The notes under the pieces: model-generated
The model's input: only the letters and a program-made list of their open reading frames with translations
What the model was told of the DNA's origin: nothing
Database searches by the model: none
Translations under genes and position numbers: made by a program
Assembly (NCBI GenBank): GCA_963741945.1
Contig: CAVUKA010000005.1
Location: 448,001-512,000 of the forward strand
Reading direction: 5' to 3'
Origin: an uncultured Gemmatimonadales bacterium
GTDB lineage: Bacteria; Gemmatimonadota; Gemmatimonadetes; Longimicrobiales; RSA9
DNA length: 64,000 nt
Part shown: positions 1 through 9,523 of the stretch, piece by piece
Layout: each line of letters starts with the position of its first letter
Numbering within the stretch: the stretch's first letter is position 1

Positions 1-5
1 AAGCC

Positions 6-1043
6 ATGCTCGGCCCCATGATGGGCCACCGCACGCCGGAGATGGAAGCGCTCATGGAGCGTGTCCAGCCGGGGCTCAGGGACGTTTTCCGCACCGGGCG
101 CCCCGTCTACGTCGCGCCCTCTTCCGGCACCGGCATGATGGAGATGGCGGTGCGCAACACCGCCCAGCGCCGCGTGCTCAGTCTGGTGAATGGTGCGTTC
201 AGTGCCCGCTTCGCGAAGATCGCCGAGCAGTCCGGCTTCGAGACCACTCGCCTCGAGGTGGAGTTCGGCCGCAATCACACGCCCGAGATGCTGGACGACG
301 CCCTGTCGGGCGACGACTTCGACACGGTCACCATCTGCCACTCCGAGACCTCGACGGGCGTGCTGAACCCCGTCCGCGAGCTCACGGAGACCGCCCATGC
401 GCACGGCGCCATGGTCTGTGTCGACACCGTGAGCTCCATGGCCGGCGCGCCGGTGGAGACCGATGCGTGGGGCATCGATTTCGTGGTCACCGGCTCGCAG
501 AAGGCCTTCGCCCTTCCCCCGGGCCTGGCGTTCGGAGTCGCGCAGCCGGCGGTCCTCGAGCGCGCGGAGTCCAGTCGCACGCGTGGCCTCTATTTCGACA
601 TCCTCGAGTTCGAGCGGAACCTCGAGAAGAGCCAGACCCCCAACACGCCGGCCGTTTCGCTGATGTACGCGGCGGCCGTGCAGGTCGAAGCCATCCGCCA
701 GGAGGGGATCGAGAACCGGTGGGCCCGCCATCGGTCCATGGCCGAGCGAACGTACGCCTGGGTGGCGGAAGCGAAGGGGCGCGGCCTCGAGCTGGACATC
801 CTTGCTCCCGAAGGGTACCGCTCGCCCACGGTCACGTGCGTCACGATGCCCCCGGGCGTCAGAGCGCCGGACATCTGCTCGGCCATGCGGGCGCGGGGGT
901 ACGTCATTGCCACCGGATACGGCCCGGCGAAAGACGACATGGTGCGGATCGGCCACATGGGCGACCACACGTTGAGCGAGCTGGACGCGCTCCTGGACGT
1001 GCTCACGGAAGTGTTCGCGGACGCGCTCGCCACCCATGGCTGA
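6..1043 (+). CDS. Class-V PLP aminotransferase (alanine-glyoxylate/phosphoserine aminotransferase family); probably 5'-truncated by the window edge
   Basis: SGTGxME, HSETSTG, VDTVSS and TGSQK (PLP lysine) motifs, C-terminal RIGHMG; frame is open back to the window start; overlaps the serA start. Confidence 0.9.
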   Translation: MLGPMMGHRTPEMEALMERVQPGLRDVFRTGRPVYVAPSSGTGMMEMAVRNTAQRRVLSLVNGAFSARFAKIAEQSGFETTRLEVEFGRNHTPEMLDDALSGDDFDTVTICHSETSTGVLNPVRELTETAHAHGAMVCVDTVSSMAGAPVETDAWGIDFVVTGSQKAFALPPGLAFGVAQPAVLERAESSRTRGLYFDILEFERNLEKSQTPNTPAVSLMYAAAVQVEAIRQEGIENRWARHRSMAERTYAWVAEAKGRGLELDILAPEGYRSPTVTCVTMPPGVRAPDICSAMRARGYVIATGYGPAKDDMVRIGHMGDHTLSELDALLDVLTEVFADALATHG

Positions 1044-2628
1044 GCGCCTCCGCATCCTTCTCGCGGACCGCATACCCGAGAGCGGTCTGGCGCCCCTCCA
1101 CGATGACCATTTCCAGCTCATTCCCCGCTTTGGCCTGAGCGGCAATGAGCTCCGCGCCGAGCTGGATGATGCCGACGCCGTGATCGTTCGCTCCTCCACC
1201 ACGATCACGCGGGAGAGCCTCGCCACCACTTCCCGGCTGCGGGTCATCGGGCGCGCCGGCGTGGGCGTCGACAACATCGATCTGCCGGCGGCCACGGAGA
1301 AGGGCATCGCCGTGTTCAATGCCCCCTCCGGCAACACGATCTCGGCCGCCGAGCTCACTCTCGCCCTCATGCTGGCCGTGGTGCGGAAGGTGCCCGCCGC
1401 CGATCGCTCCATCCGGGCGGGCGAGTGGGATCGGAAACGCTTCCGCGGCTCCGAGCTGCATGGGAAGACCCTCGTCCTCATCGGAGCCGGTCGTATCGGC
1501 ACGGAAGTGGCCCGGCGAGCCCGGGCCTTCGGCATGAGGGTCGTGGCCAGTGATCCGTTCCTGCAGGAGGAGCGGGCCCGGCAGCTCGGGATCGAGATGG
1601 AGTCGCTCGACGCCGCCCTCGCGCACGCCGATATCCTCTCGCTCCACGTCCCGCTGACGGATGCGACGCTCGGCCTCATCGATGCCCGACGCCTCGACCT
1701 GCTCCGGCCATCGGCCATCCTGATCAACGCCGCACGCGGTGGCCTCGTCGACGAGGACGCGGTCGTCGACCGCCTCCGGGATGGGCGGCTCGCCGGCGCC
1801 GCGTTCGACGTCTATCGCGATGAGCCGCTCCCTGCCGGGCACGCGCTGCTCGAGCTCGACAACGTCGTCCTGACACCGCACATCGGAGCGGCCACGGACG
1901 AGGCGCAGCACAATGTGGCCGTGGAGGTGGCCGCGGCGGTGCGCGACGCTCTTCTCGAAGAGGATTACTCCGGGGCGATCAACGCCCCCGCGGTCGGTGG
2001 CGAGCTCATGCGCCGCATCGCCCCGCTCCTGGACCTCGCCACGCGTCTCGGACGACTCGCCCGCGCCCTCGGCGGGGGTGGCGAGTCCCTGGAAGTGCGC
2101 TATGCCGGCCAGAACGCCGAGGACGTGCTGCGACCCGTCACCGCCGCCGCCATGGTGGGCGTCCTGACCGGGATCGTGGGTCGCGGCGCGGTCAACCTCG
2201 TCAACGCCCTCCTGCTCGCGGAAGCTCGCGGGGTCCGGATCAGCCGCGTGTACCTGGAAGCGATCGCCGAATTCCCCGAGCACCTCGAGCTTCGCGTGGC
2301 CGGTGGAGGGCTGGAAACGCGGGTGGCCGGGTGCCTCCGGGGCAACACCCCCCGCATCATCCGTATCGACGCCTTCCCGGTCGATGTTCGCCCGCGTGGC
2401 GTGCTCGTCATCCTGCGAAACCGCGACGTGCCGGGCGTGATCGGGCGCGTGGGCAGCGTTCTGGGCGATGCCGGCGTGAACATCGCCGAATACCACCAGA
2501 GTCGTCTCGAGGCTGGCGGCGAGGCGCTGGCCGCCGTGGCGGTGGACGAGAAGCTCGCCCCCGATGTCCTGGGCGCCCTCCGTCGCCTCCCCGATGTGCT
2601 CGCCGTCCGGCAGGCCGAGCTCGACTGA
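1036..2628 (+). CDS. serA: D-3-phosphoglycerate dehydrogenase
   Basis: RAGVGVDNID, GAGRIG Rossmann motif, INAARGGLVDE, TPHIGA, C-terminal ACT domain (NRDVPGVIG). Confidence 0.95.
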   Translation: MAERLRILLADRIPESGLAPLHDDHFQLIPRFGLSGNELRAELDDADAVIVRSSTTITRESLATTSRLRVIGRAGVGVDNIDLPAATEKGIAVFNAPSGNTISAAELTLALMLAVVRKVPAADRSIRAGEWDRKRFRGSELHGKTLVLIGAGRIGTEVARRARAFGMRVVASDPFLQEERARQLGIEMESLDAALAHADILSLHVPLTDATLGLIDARRLDLLRPSAILINAARGGLVDEDAVVDRLRDGRLAGAAFDVYRDEPLPAGHALLELDNVVLTPHIGAATDEAQHNVAVEVAAAVRDALLEEDYSGAINAPAVGGELMRRIAPLLDLATRLGRLARALGGGGESLEVRYAGQNAEDVLRPVTAAAMVGVLTGIVGRGAVNLVNALLLAEARGVRISRVYLEAIAEFPEHLELRVAGGGLETRVAGCLRGNTPRIIRIDAFPVDVRPRGVLVILRNRDVPGVIGRVGSVLGDAGVNIAEYHQSRLEAGGEALAAVAVDEKLAPDVLGALRRLPDVLAVRQAELD

Positions 2629-2693
2629 GACGCGCTCGTCCCCACGCGTTCCCCCGAGCCTGACACGGCCGCGCCCACGCGGCGATCGCCCCC

Positions 2694-2722
2694 TTGACCT
2701 GCCGGAACACCCGTCTTACTTC
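2694..2722 (+). promoter_or_regulatory. Possible sigma70 promoter for nadC-nadA
   Basis: TTGACC-N17-TACTTC; weak -10. Confidence 0.3.
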
Positions 2723-2780
2723 CGGGTTTCATTTCGCCGCGGTACAGGGGTGGGCCGAGCGAAGCCGAGGACCGGAAGAA

Positions 2781-3650
2781 ATGGCAGCAAGAGGACAGCC
2801 GGTACCGCCGGAGCCGCTGCTGCGGCGGTATGCCGAAGAGGCGCTGGAGGAGGATCTGGGCTCCGGGGACGTGACCACGGAGCTCCTGGTTCCCAGGGCC
2901 GCCCGCGCGCGTGCCCGCCTCATCGCCCGGCAGGAGGGCGTGGCCTGCGGGCTGCCCCTCGCGCGCCACGTCTTCCACGTCCTGGATGGCAGCCTCGACG
3001 TGCGCGCGCTGGTGGACGACGGCGATGCCGTGGCCGCGGGGGCCACGCTCCTGAGCGTCGAAGGGGCGGCGCGCCCGATCCTCTCCGCCGAGCGTGTGGC
3101 GCTGAACTTCGTCGGCCGGCTCAGCGGGATCGCGTCGCTTACTCGCCGGTACGTGGAAGCCGTCCAGGGCACGGACGCCCGGATCCTGGATACGCGCAAG
3201 ACCACGCCCGGGCTCCGGCTGCTGGAGAAGTACGCGGTCCGCTGCGGCGGCGGGCGGAATCATCGCTTCGGCCTCTCGGACGGCTTCATGCTCAAGGACA
3301 ATCACCGCGCCGCGCTCGCCACCGCGGGAAGAGGCGTGCCGGAGGCGGTGCGCGAGGCCAGGGACCGGCTGGGTCACGGCGTCGCCCTGACGATCGAAGT
3401 GGACACGGTGGACCAGGTGGCGGAGGCCATCGATGCCGGCGCCGACGCCATCCTCCTGGACAACATGACACCGGAGCAGCTTGCGCTCGCGGTGACTCAG
3501 GTGGACGGTCGCGCTTTCACCGAGGCTTCCGGCGGCGTCACCCTGGCGTCCGTGCGCGCTGCCGCCGAGAGCGGTGTGGACTTCATTTCCGTGGGCGCGC
3601 TGACGCACTCGGCGCCCGCCCTCGATGTGACGCTCGAATTCGAGTGGTAG
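2781..3650 (+). CDS. nadC: Nicotinate-nucleotide diphosphorylase (carboxylating), QPRTase
   Basis: EEDLGSGDVTT, ERVALN, DTRKTTPGLR, HRFGLSD, KDNH, LLDNM, EASGG, SVGALTHS; ATG at 2781. Confidence 0.96.
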   Translation: MAARGQPVPPEPLLRRYAEEALEEDLGSGDVTTELLVPRAARARARLIARQEGVACGLPLARHVFHVLDGSLDVRALVDDGDAVAAGATLLSVEGAARPILSAERVALNFVGRLSGIASLTRRYVEAVQGTDARILDTRKTTPGLRLLEKYAVRCGGGRNHRFGLSDGFMLKDNHRAALATAGRGVPEAVREARDRLGHGVALTIEVDTVDQVAEAIDAGADAILLDNMTPEQLALAVTQVDGRAFTEASGGVTLASVRAAAESGVDFISVGALTHSAPALDVTLEFEW

Positions 3651-3654
3651 AACG

Positions 3655-4818
3655 ATGGGAGATGGAATGAGCGGGAAGATCGACACGGCACGGACCACGT
3701 CCGCCGACGAGATGTACCGGGCGCTCCATGAGCGGCTCGGCGACGTGCTCCCCGATTTCGAGCTGCGCCACAAGGCCGAGCTGGCCGCCGAGATCAACCG
3801 GCTCAAGGCGGAGCGCGGAGCCGTCATCCTCGGCCACAACTACATGGAACCAGCCCTCTTCCACTCCGTTTGTGATTTCAAGGGCGACTCCCTCGAGCTC
3901 AGCCGCCTCGCCGCCGAGGCACCCGGCGACCCCATCGTCTTCTGCGGCGTCCGCTTCATGGCGGAGACCGCGAAGATCCTGAGCCCGCACAAGAAAGTGC
4001 TGCTCCCCACGGAGAAAGGGGGGTGCTCCCTGGCCGAGTCGATCACGGCCGAGGACGTCCGGCGCCTCAAGAAGAAGTACCCCGGCGTTCCCGTGGTCAC
4101 CTACGTGAACACCTACGCGGACGTCAAGGCGGAGACCGACGTCTGCTGCACGTCCAGCAACGCCGTCAGAATCGTCCAGAGCCTGGACAGCGATCGCGTC
4201 ATCTTCCTGCCGGACGAGTACCTGGCGAAGAACGTGGCCCGCGAGACCGGCAAGACCATCATCTTCCCCCTCGTCAAGGAGATGGGGACGCCGGCGGCCG
4301 CCGCCAACGGCACCCACCCGGCCGGACTTTCCGGGAACGGGAAATCGGCCGCCCATTCCGGTGACCTGGCCTACGACATCATTGGCTGGCGCGGACGCTG
4401 CGAAGTGCACGAACAGTTCAACACTGCCGACATCGCCAATGTCCGGCGCCAGTTCCCCGATGTCATGGTCCTCGCCCACCCGGAGTGCAGCCCGGAGGTA
4501 GTCGAGGCCAGTGATTTCAGTGGCAGCACCAGCGCAATGATCAGGGCCGTGCGCGACTCCGATGCCGACCGCTACCTGCTCCTCACCGAGTGCAGCATGG
4601 CGGACAACATCGTCGCCGAGAACCCCGAGAAGGAAATGGTCCGCCTCTGCTCGGTCCGGTGTCCGCACATGAACGAGATCACCCTCGAGAACGTCCGCGA
4701 CGCCCTCCTCCACGACCGCTACGAGGTGGATGTCCCCGAGCCCGTCCGCAGTCAGGCGCGCCGGTCCATCGAGCGCATGCTCGAGCTCTCCTACGGCACC
4801 GTGGTGGACGGAGACTGA
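3655..4818 (+). CDS. nadA: Quinolinate synthase
   Basis: GHNYM, GDSLELS, FCGVRFMAETAK, GCSLA, YVNT, CEVHE, AHPEC, CPHMN. Confidence 0.96.
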   Translation: MGDGMSGKIDTARTTSADEMYRALHERLGDVLPDFELRHKAELAAEINRLKAERGAVILGHNYMEPALFHSVCDFKGDSLELSRLAAEAPGDPIVFCGVRFMAETAKILSPHKKVLLPTEKGGCSLAESITAEDVRRLKKKYPGVPVVTYVNTYADVKAETDVCCTSSNAVRIVQSLDSDRVIFLPDEYLAKNVARETGKTIIFPLVKEMGTPAAAANGTHPAGLSGNGKSAAHSGDLAYDIIGWRGRCEVHEQFNTADIANVRRQFPDVMVLAHPECSPEVVEASDFSGSTSAMIRAVRDSDADRYLLLTECSMADNIVAENPEKEMVRLCSVRCPHMNEITLENVRDALLHDRYEVDVPEPVRSQARRSIERMLELSYGTVVDGD

Positions 4819-4873
4819 CCGGCGGCGGCGCTCCGCCGGAGCCTCCCGGCAGGGCCGCGGGCCCGCCTCGCAT

Positions 4874-5410
4874 TCATTTCCTGCGCTTCTGCAGCACCCA
4901 CCCCCGCCGGATGGACCGCGGCTCTTCCACGGTGACGAACGAGTCCGGCGCCCATTCCTCCACCGTGGCCATGATCCGCTTCAGCTGCCCCCTCCGCGCC
5001 ACCGTGTAGACGACCTCGACCGAGCCGCGGCGGCCCTGCCCGGAGAACTCCGTCACGCCGAACCCGAGCTCACGCAGCGCCTCCGCCACTTCCACCCCGC
5101 CGTGCTCGGAGATGATCCGCACCGTGGCCAGCCCCAGCGCCAGCTTCTCCTCCACCCACAGACCGACGGCATTGCCGGCCGCGAAGCCGCCCGCGTACCC
5201 GATCACGTGGAGCGGACTGTTCAGGAACTTGATCGCGTTCCCCGCCGCGAAGAGCCAGATCAGGACCTCGAAGAAAGCGACGAAGGGCACCAGCAGTCGC
5301 TGGCCCCGCACCGACATCAGCATCCGCGTCGTCGCCAGCGAGACATCGAAGATTCGCGCGCAGAAGATGATCAGTGGGCCCCAGGGCCCCGCGAACCACG
5401 CCTCGATCAT
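4874..5410 (-). CDS. DUF2179/UPF0316-family membrane protein
   Basis: IFxARIxDVSL, FFEVLIW, YAGGFAAGNxVG, LRELGFGVT..GxGRRG pattern. Confidence 0.85.
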   Translation of the reverse strand: MIEAWFAGPWGPLIIFCARIFDVSLATTRMLMSVRGQRLLVPFVAFFEVLIWLFAAGNAIKFLNSPLHVIGYAGGFAAGNAVGLWVEEKLALGLATVRIISEHGGVEVAEALRELGFGVTEFSGQGRRGSVEVVYTVARRGQLKRIMATVEEWAPDSFVTVEEPRSIRRGWVLQKRRK

Positions 5411-5571
5411 CCGTCCTCCATCCGCCGTGTGAGCACCCGTCCCCCTGTCGCGTCATCAGAGATGCCGCTCCACGGCGCAGCGAGCGAGCGCTCTGCCGCG
5501 GGCCCGCCCGGGTGGACCTCCTCCCGCCGTCCTCCTTGCCACGCGACCCTGCCCCCCCTCTCTTTCCCCTC

Positions 5572-6630
5572 ATGCGAATTCTGGCGTACACGTTCTACGG
5601 CAACAGTCTTTCCACCTGGGCGCTGGCCGTCCTGCTCGGCCTCGTGATCCTGGCGGCACTCTTCTTCCTGCGCCGGCTCGTCCTCCGCACCCTCACCGGC
5701 TTCTCCCGGCGCACCGCCACGGAGTTCGACGACATCGCCGCCGCGGTCCTGGCCAGCACCCACGGCTTCTTCCTCTTCGCCCTGGCGCTCCTGGCCGCCA
5801 TCCAGGTCCTGGTCCTGCCCGGTAGTGTCGGGCTCGTCGTGCGGGGGATCGCCTCCCTGGCCACCCTCCTCCAGCTCGCGCTCTGGGGCAACACTGCCAT
5901 CGGCGCCTTCCTCCACCGCTACACGACCCAGCGCCTCGAGGAGGATGCCGCGGCCGCCACGACCATGAGATTCGTGGGATTCCTCCTGCGCCTCTCGCTC
6001 TGGGTCATCATCGGCCTGGTGGCCCTGGACACGGCCGGAATCGACATTACCGCGCTCATCGCCGGCCTCGGCGTCGGCGGCATCGCCGTCGCCCTCGCCG
6101 TCCAGAACATCCTCGGCGACCTCTTCGCCTCGCTCAGCATCGTCCTCGACAAGCCGTTCGTCCTCGGCGACTTCATCATTGTGGGCGACATGATGGGCAC
6201 CGTGGAGCACATAGGGCTGAAGACCACGCGCATCCGAAGCCTCTCCGGCGAGCAGCTCGTTTTCAGCAACAACGACCTCCTCTCCAGCCGCATCCGCAAC
6301 TACAAGCGCATGCAGGAGCGGCGGATCGTCTTCTCTTTCGGGGTGGTCTACCAGACGCCCCCGGACCAGCTGGAGCAGATCCCCACCCTCGTGAGGGAAG
6401 CGGTCGAGCACCAGGAGAACACGCGTCTCGACCGCGTCCACTTCGCCCGCTTCGGGGGCTCTTCCCTCGATTTCGAGGTGGTGTACTACATGCTCGTGCC
6501 CGATTACAACAGCTACATGGACACGCAGCAGGCCATCAACCTGGAACTGTTCCGCCGGTTCGCCACCCTCGGCATCGAGTTCGCCTATCCCACGCAGACC
6601 CTGTATGTGGCCCACGAAGACGCGGACTGA
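5572..6630 (+). CDS. Small-conductance mechanosensitive channel (MscS family)
   Basis: AGLGVGGIAVALAVQNILGD, DKPFVLGD, GTVEHIGLKTTRIRS, IEFAYP; ATG at 5572. Confidence 0.93.
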   Translation: MRILAYTFYGNSLSTWALAVLLGLVILAALFFLRRLVLRTLTGFSRRTATEFDDIAAAVLASTHGFFLFALALLAAIQVLVLPGSVGLVVRGIASLATLLQLALWGNTAIGAFLHRYTTQRLEEDAAAATTMRFVGFLLRLSLWVIIGLVALDTAGIDITALIAGLGVGGIAVALAVQNILGDLFASLSIVLDKPFVLGDFIIVGDMMGTVEHIGLKTTRIRSLSGEQLVFSNNDLLSSRIRNYKRMQERRIVFSFGVVYQTPPDQLEQIPTLVREAVEHQENTRLDRVHFARFGGSSLDFEVVYYMLVPDYNSYMDTQQAINLELFRRFATLGIEFAYPTQTLYVAHEDAD

Positions 6631-6682
6631 CCCACCGGTGCGCCGGCGCTGTCCGGCCGCGCTCGCACGCTCGTAGAGCCGC

Positions 6683-7939
6683 ATGGTGCGACGGTTTCGG
6701 TTCCCGCGCTTCACCCGCGCCGACCTGGAGCAGCTCGGCCCGCTCGACACTTCCCCCGTCTCGACGAGTGAGCTCGCCCTCGTCCTCACCGGCGGTGGAG
6801 CACGCGCCGCCTACCAGGTCGGGACCCTCCGCTGCCTCGCCCGCCACTTCCCTGCGCTCGGCATCCCGATCATCACCGGGGTGTCCGCCGGCGCCGTCAA
6901 CGCCGTGCACCTGGCCGCACACCACGGGACGTTTCCCCAGGCCGTGGAGGAGCTCACCGCCCTGTGGGAGGAGCTCACCACCGAGCGGGTCTTCCGCACC
7001 GACCCCGCCCACCTGGCATGGAGCACATCCCGGTGGATCGCTCGCCTCCTCTCCGGCGGCGCACTCCCGGCTCCAGAGGTGCGAGGGCTGCTGGACACGG
7101 CCCCGCTGGCCGCTTTCCTTGCCGAGACCATGGTGGCCATCGAGGGGGAAATCACCGGCATCGACTACAATCTTCACCGCGGCACGCTCAAGGCCGTGGC
7201 CGTCAGCGCCATCAGCTACACCACCGGGCAGAACGTGGTGTTCGTGCAGGGGCGTGACATCGAAGTCTGGGAGCGGCCGCACCGCAAGAGCGTCCAGACC
7301 CGGCTGCGCGTGGACCATGTCATGGCCTCCGCGGCCCTGCCCGGGTTCTTCCCCGCCATCCGGATCGGCGACCAGTGGTACGGCGACGGAGGGATCCGTC
7401 TCACGGCTCCGCTCTCCCCCGCCCTCCACCTCGGTGCGCGGCGGATCCTGAGCATTTCCACGCGCGCGGAGACATCACAGGAAGAGGCGGACCGTCCCGA
7501 AGTTTCCGGCTACCCGCCGCCGGCCCAGATCCTGGGCACGCTGACGCAGTCGGTGTTCCTCGACACCATGGACCAGGACGTGCTCCGCCTCCAGACGCTG
7601 AACCGGCTCCTCGAGCGGATCCCCCCGGAGGAGAGAGGCGGGATGCGGATCGTGCGCAGCGTAAACATCCGCCCCTCTCGAGACCTCTCCGCGCTGGCCC
7701 GCGACTTCGAGCCGCGCCTCCCCCGCAGCTTCCGCTTCCTCACCCGCGGTCTCGGGACCACCCGCACCGGCAGTCCGGACGTCCTCGCCCTCATGATGTT
7801 CCAGCCGGACTACATCCGCACGCTCATTCAACTCGGCGATGACGATGCCGAAGCCCGCCTGGACGACATTCGCCTGCTCCTCGATCTCGACGTCCCCGGT
7901 GACACGCACCCCGAGCGGCGATCTGCGGAATCCCGCTGA
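6683..7939 (+). CDS. Patatin-like phospholipase
   Basis: GGGARAAYQVG, GVSAG nucleophile elbow, ASAALP, DGG. Confidence 0.92.
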   Translation: MVRRFRFPRFTRADLEQLGPLDTSPVSTSELALVLTGGGARAAYQVGTLRCLARHFPALGIPIITGVSAGAVNAVHLAAHHGTFPQAVEELTALWEELTTERVFRTDPAHLAWSTSRWIARLLSGGALPAPEVRGLLDTAPLAAFLAETMVAIEGEITGIDYNLHRGTLKAVAVSAISYTTGQNVVFVQGRDIEVWERPHRKSVQTRLRVDHVMASAALPGFFPAIRIGDQWYGDGGIRLTAPLSPALHLGARRILSISTRAETSQEEADRPEVSGYPPPAQILGTLTQSVFLDTMDQDVLRLQTLNRLLERIPPEERGGMRIVRSVNIRPSRDLSALARDFEPRLPRSFRFLTRGLGTTRTGSPDVLALMMFQPDYIRTLIQLGDDDAEARLDDIRLLLDLDVPGDTHPERRSAESR

Positions 7940-7960
7940 GCTGCCCGAATCCCGCTGAGC
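7928..7960. repeat. 14-bp direct repeat GAATCCCGCTGAGC x2
   Basis: Copies at 7928-7941 and 7947-7960; the first spans the patatin stop codon. Confidence 0.8.
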
Positions 7961-8012
7961 GCCGCCCTCCCCTTCACCCCGCGGCTGACCACCCGCCGGC
8001 CCACGCCGCCGC

Positions 8013-9185
8013 TCAGCCGCCTCCCGCCTTCATATCCATGACCGCGTCCAGCGGCAGCGCTTCCACCCGGCCGCGGTTCCCCGATACGCTCGTGGCCTTG
8101 AACAGGGAGTTGTAGATCGCTTCCTCGGTGGCCTCCGCCGCCGCCTGGAACAACGGCGACATCAGGTCGTTCGGCACGTCCGACACCGCGCGCGGAGCGG
8201 CCGCATCCCCGCGGCGCACGGATTCCGCCGTCGAAAACGCGATCACGTAGTCGCCGGAACCGTTGCTCATGATGGAGCCCGTGCGCGCCAACCCCGCCAG
8301 CGCCCGCTGCGCGAGGCGCTCCAGGCTGCGCGAAGTCAGCGGCGCGTCCGTCGCCAGCACGATCATGATGCTGCCGTCACCGCCGTCCCGCTCCGGCGCT
8401 CCAGCGTCCAGCGCCTCCCTGAACGGATACCGACCCAGCCTCTGCCCCACCGGACGCCCGGCCACCGTGAGCACCCCGCCATAGTTGGTCTGCACCAGCG
8501 CCCCCACCGTCCAGCCGCCCAGACTCGCGGGCAATGCGCGAGACGACGTCCCGATCCCGCCCTTCCAGCCGAACGCCACGGTCCCCGTGCCCGCACCCAC
8601 GCTCCCTTCCTCCACGCTCCCGCCCCGCGCTCCCTCCAGCGCCGCCACCACGTGCTCGGGCCGGATCGGCCGGGCACGGATGTCGTTCAGGTAGCCATCG
8701 TTCGTCTCGCCCACCACTGGATTGATCGACCGCACATCCTCCATGCCCGGCCGCGCAAGCAGCCAGGCCACCATCGCGTCCGCCGCTCGCCACACGCACA
8801 GCGTGCACGTCAACAGGATCGGTGTCTCGATCTCTCCAAGCTCCCGTACCTGCGTCACACCCAGCAGCTTACCGAACCCGTTCCCCACAACGATCGCCGC
8901 CGGCACCTTCTCGTGGAACGTGTCCCCCGCGTGCGGCACCACGGCCGTCACCCCCGTTCGCACACTGTCTCCCTCCACCACCGTGACCTGCCCCACCCGC
9001 ACACCCGCCACATCCGTGATCGCGTTCAGCCGGCCCGGCGGCAGGATCCCTACCACGATCCCCGCCTCCCGCGCCCGCGGCCGCTCCCCGCTCTGCTCCA
9101 TCATGCTCCCCTCCTGAGCCACCGCCCCGGTCGCCCGCCACCCACACACCAGCAGCGTGACCAGAAGCGCCAGCAGGATCCGCAT
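8013..9185 (-). CDS. P1/S58-family (DmpA-like) aminopeptidase, secreted
   Basis: Signal peptide, NAITDVAGVRVG, GNGFGK, GETNDG, EEGSVGAGTG, KGGIGTSS, GSI autocleavage site, NGSGD. Confidence 0.92.
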   Translation of the reverse strand: MRILLALLVTLLVCGWRATGAVAQEGSMMEQSGERPRAREAGIVVGILPPGRLNAITDVAGVRVGQVTVVEGDSVRTGVTAVVPHAGDTFHEKVPAAIVVGNGFGKLLGVTQVRELGEIETPILLTCTLCVWRAADAMVAWLLARPGMEDVRSINPVVGETNDGYLNDIRARPIRPEHVVAALEGARGGSVEEGSVGAGTGTVAFGWKGGIGTSSRALPASLGGWTVGALVQTNYGGVLTVAGRPVGQRLGRYPFREALDAGAPERDGGDGSIMIVLATDAPLTSRSLERLAQRALAGLARTGSIMSNGSGDYVIAFSTAESVRRGDAAAPRAVSDVPNDLMSPLFQAAAEATEEAIYNSLFKATSVSGNRGRVEALPLDAVMDMKAGGG

Positions 9186-9402
9186 CAGCACTCGGATGCC
9201 CGCCTGAGCGCGCGAGCTCGCTCTTGCCATCATCCTTCCATCCTCCCTCGGCGACCCGATCACGTCACCCGACCACGCAGGATCCCGAACGCGCGGGCGG
9301 GATGCCCGGCCTCGCCACAATGGAGCGGGCGCCGGCCCGCGGTCAACCTCGCCCGCCTTCCGTGGCGCCCGCATCCAGGTCCCTCGTCCGCCCCGACCCC
9401 GT

Positions 9403-9442
9403 GTAGGGCATTACCCGTCGAGGTGGTAGGGCAACACTTGAC
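9403..9442. promoter_or_regulatory. Two GTAGG-N7-CCTAC-like operator sites upstream of coxB
   Basis: GTAGGGCATTACCCGTC (9403-9419) and GTAGGGCAACACTTGAC (9426-9442), 23 bp apart; the second overlaps the -35. Confidence 0.55.
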
Positions 9443-9466
9443 TGGCCGGTAATATTCTCCTACCCT
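9438..9466 (+). promoter_or_regulatory. sigma70-type promoter of the cytochrome c oxidase operon
   Basis: TTGACT (9438-9443)-N17-TACCCT (9461-9466) with an AT-rich spacer. Confidence 0.6.
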
Positions 9467-9523
9467 TTTCGGCTCCGGGGCCCCGGCTGCGGCCCCGTTT
9501 CGCCGATGAACACCGGACCGTAC

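Noticed and set aside
2629-2780. NAD riboswitch upstream of nadC
   Set aside because: The leader after the putative promoter is only ~50 nt and shows no recognisable aptamer
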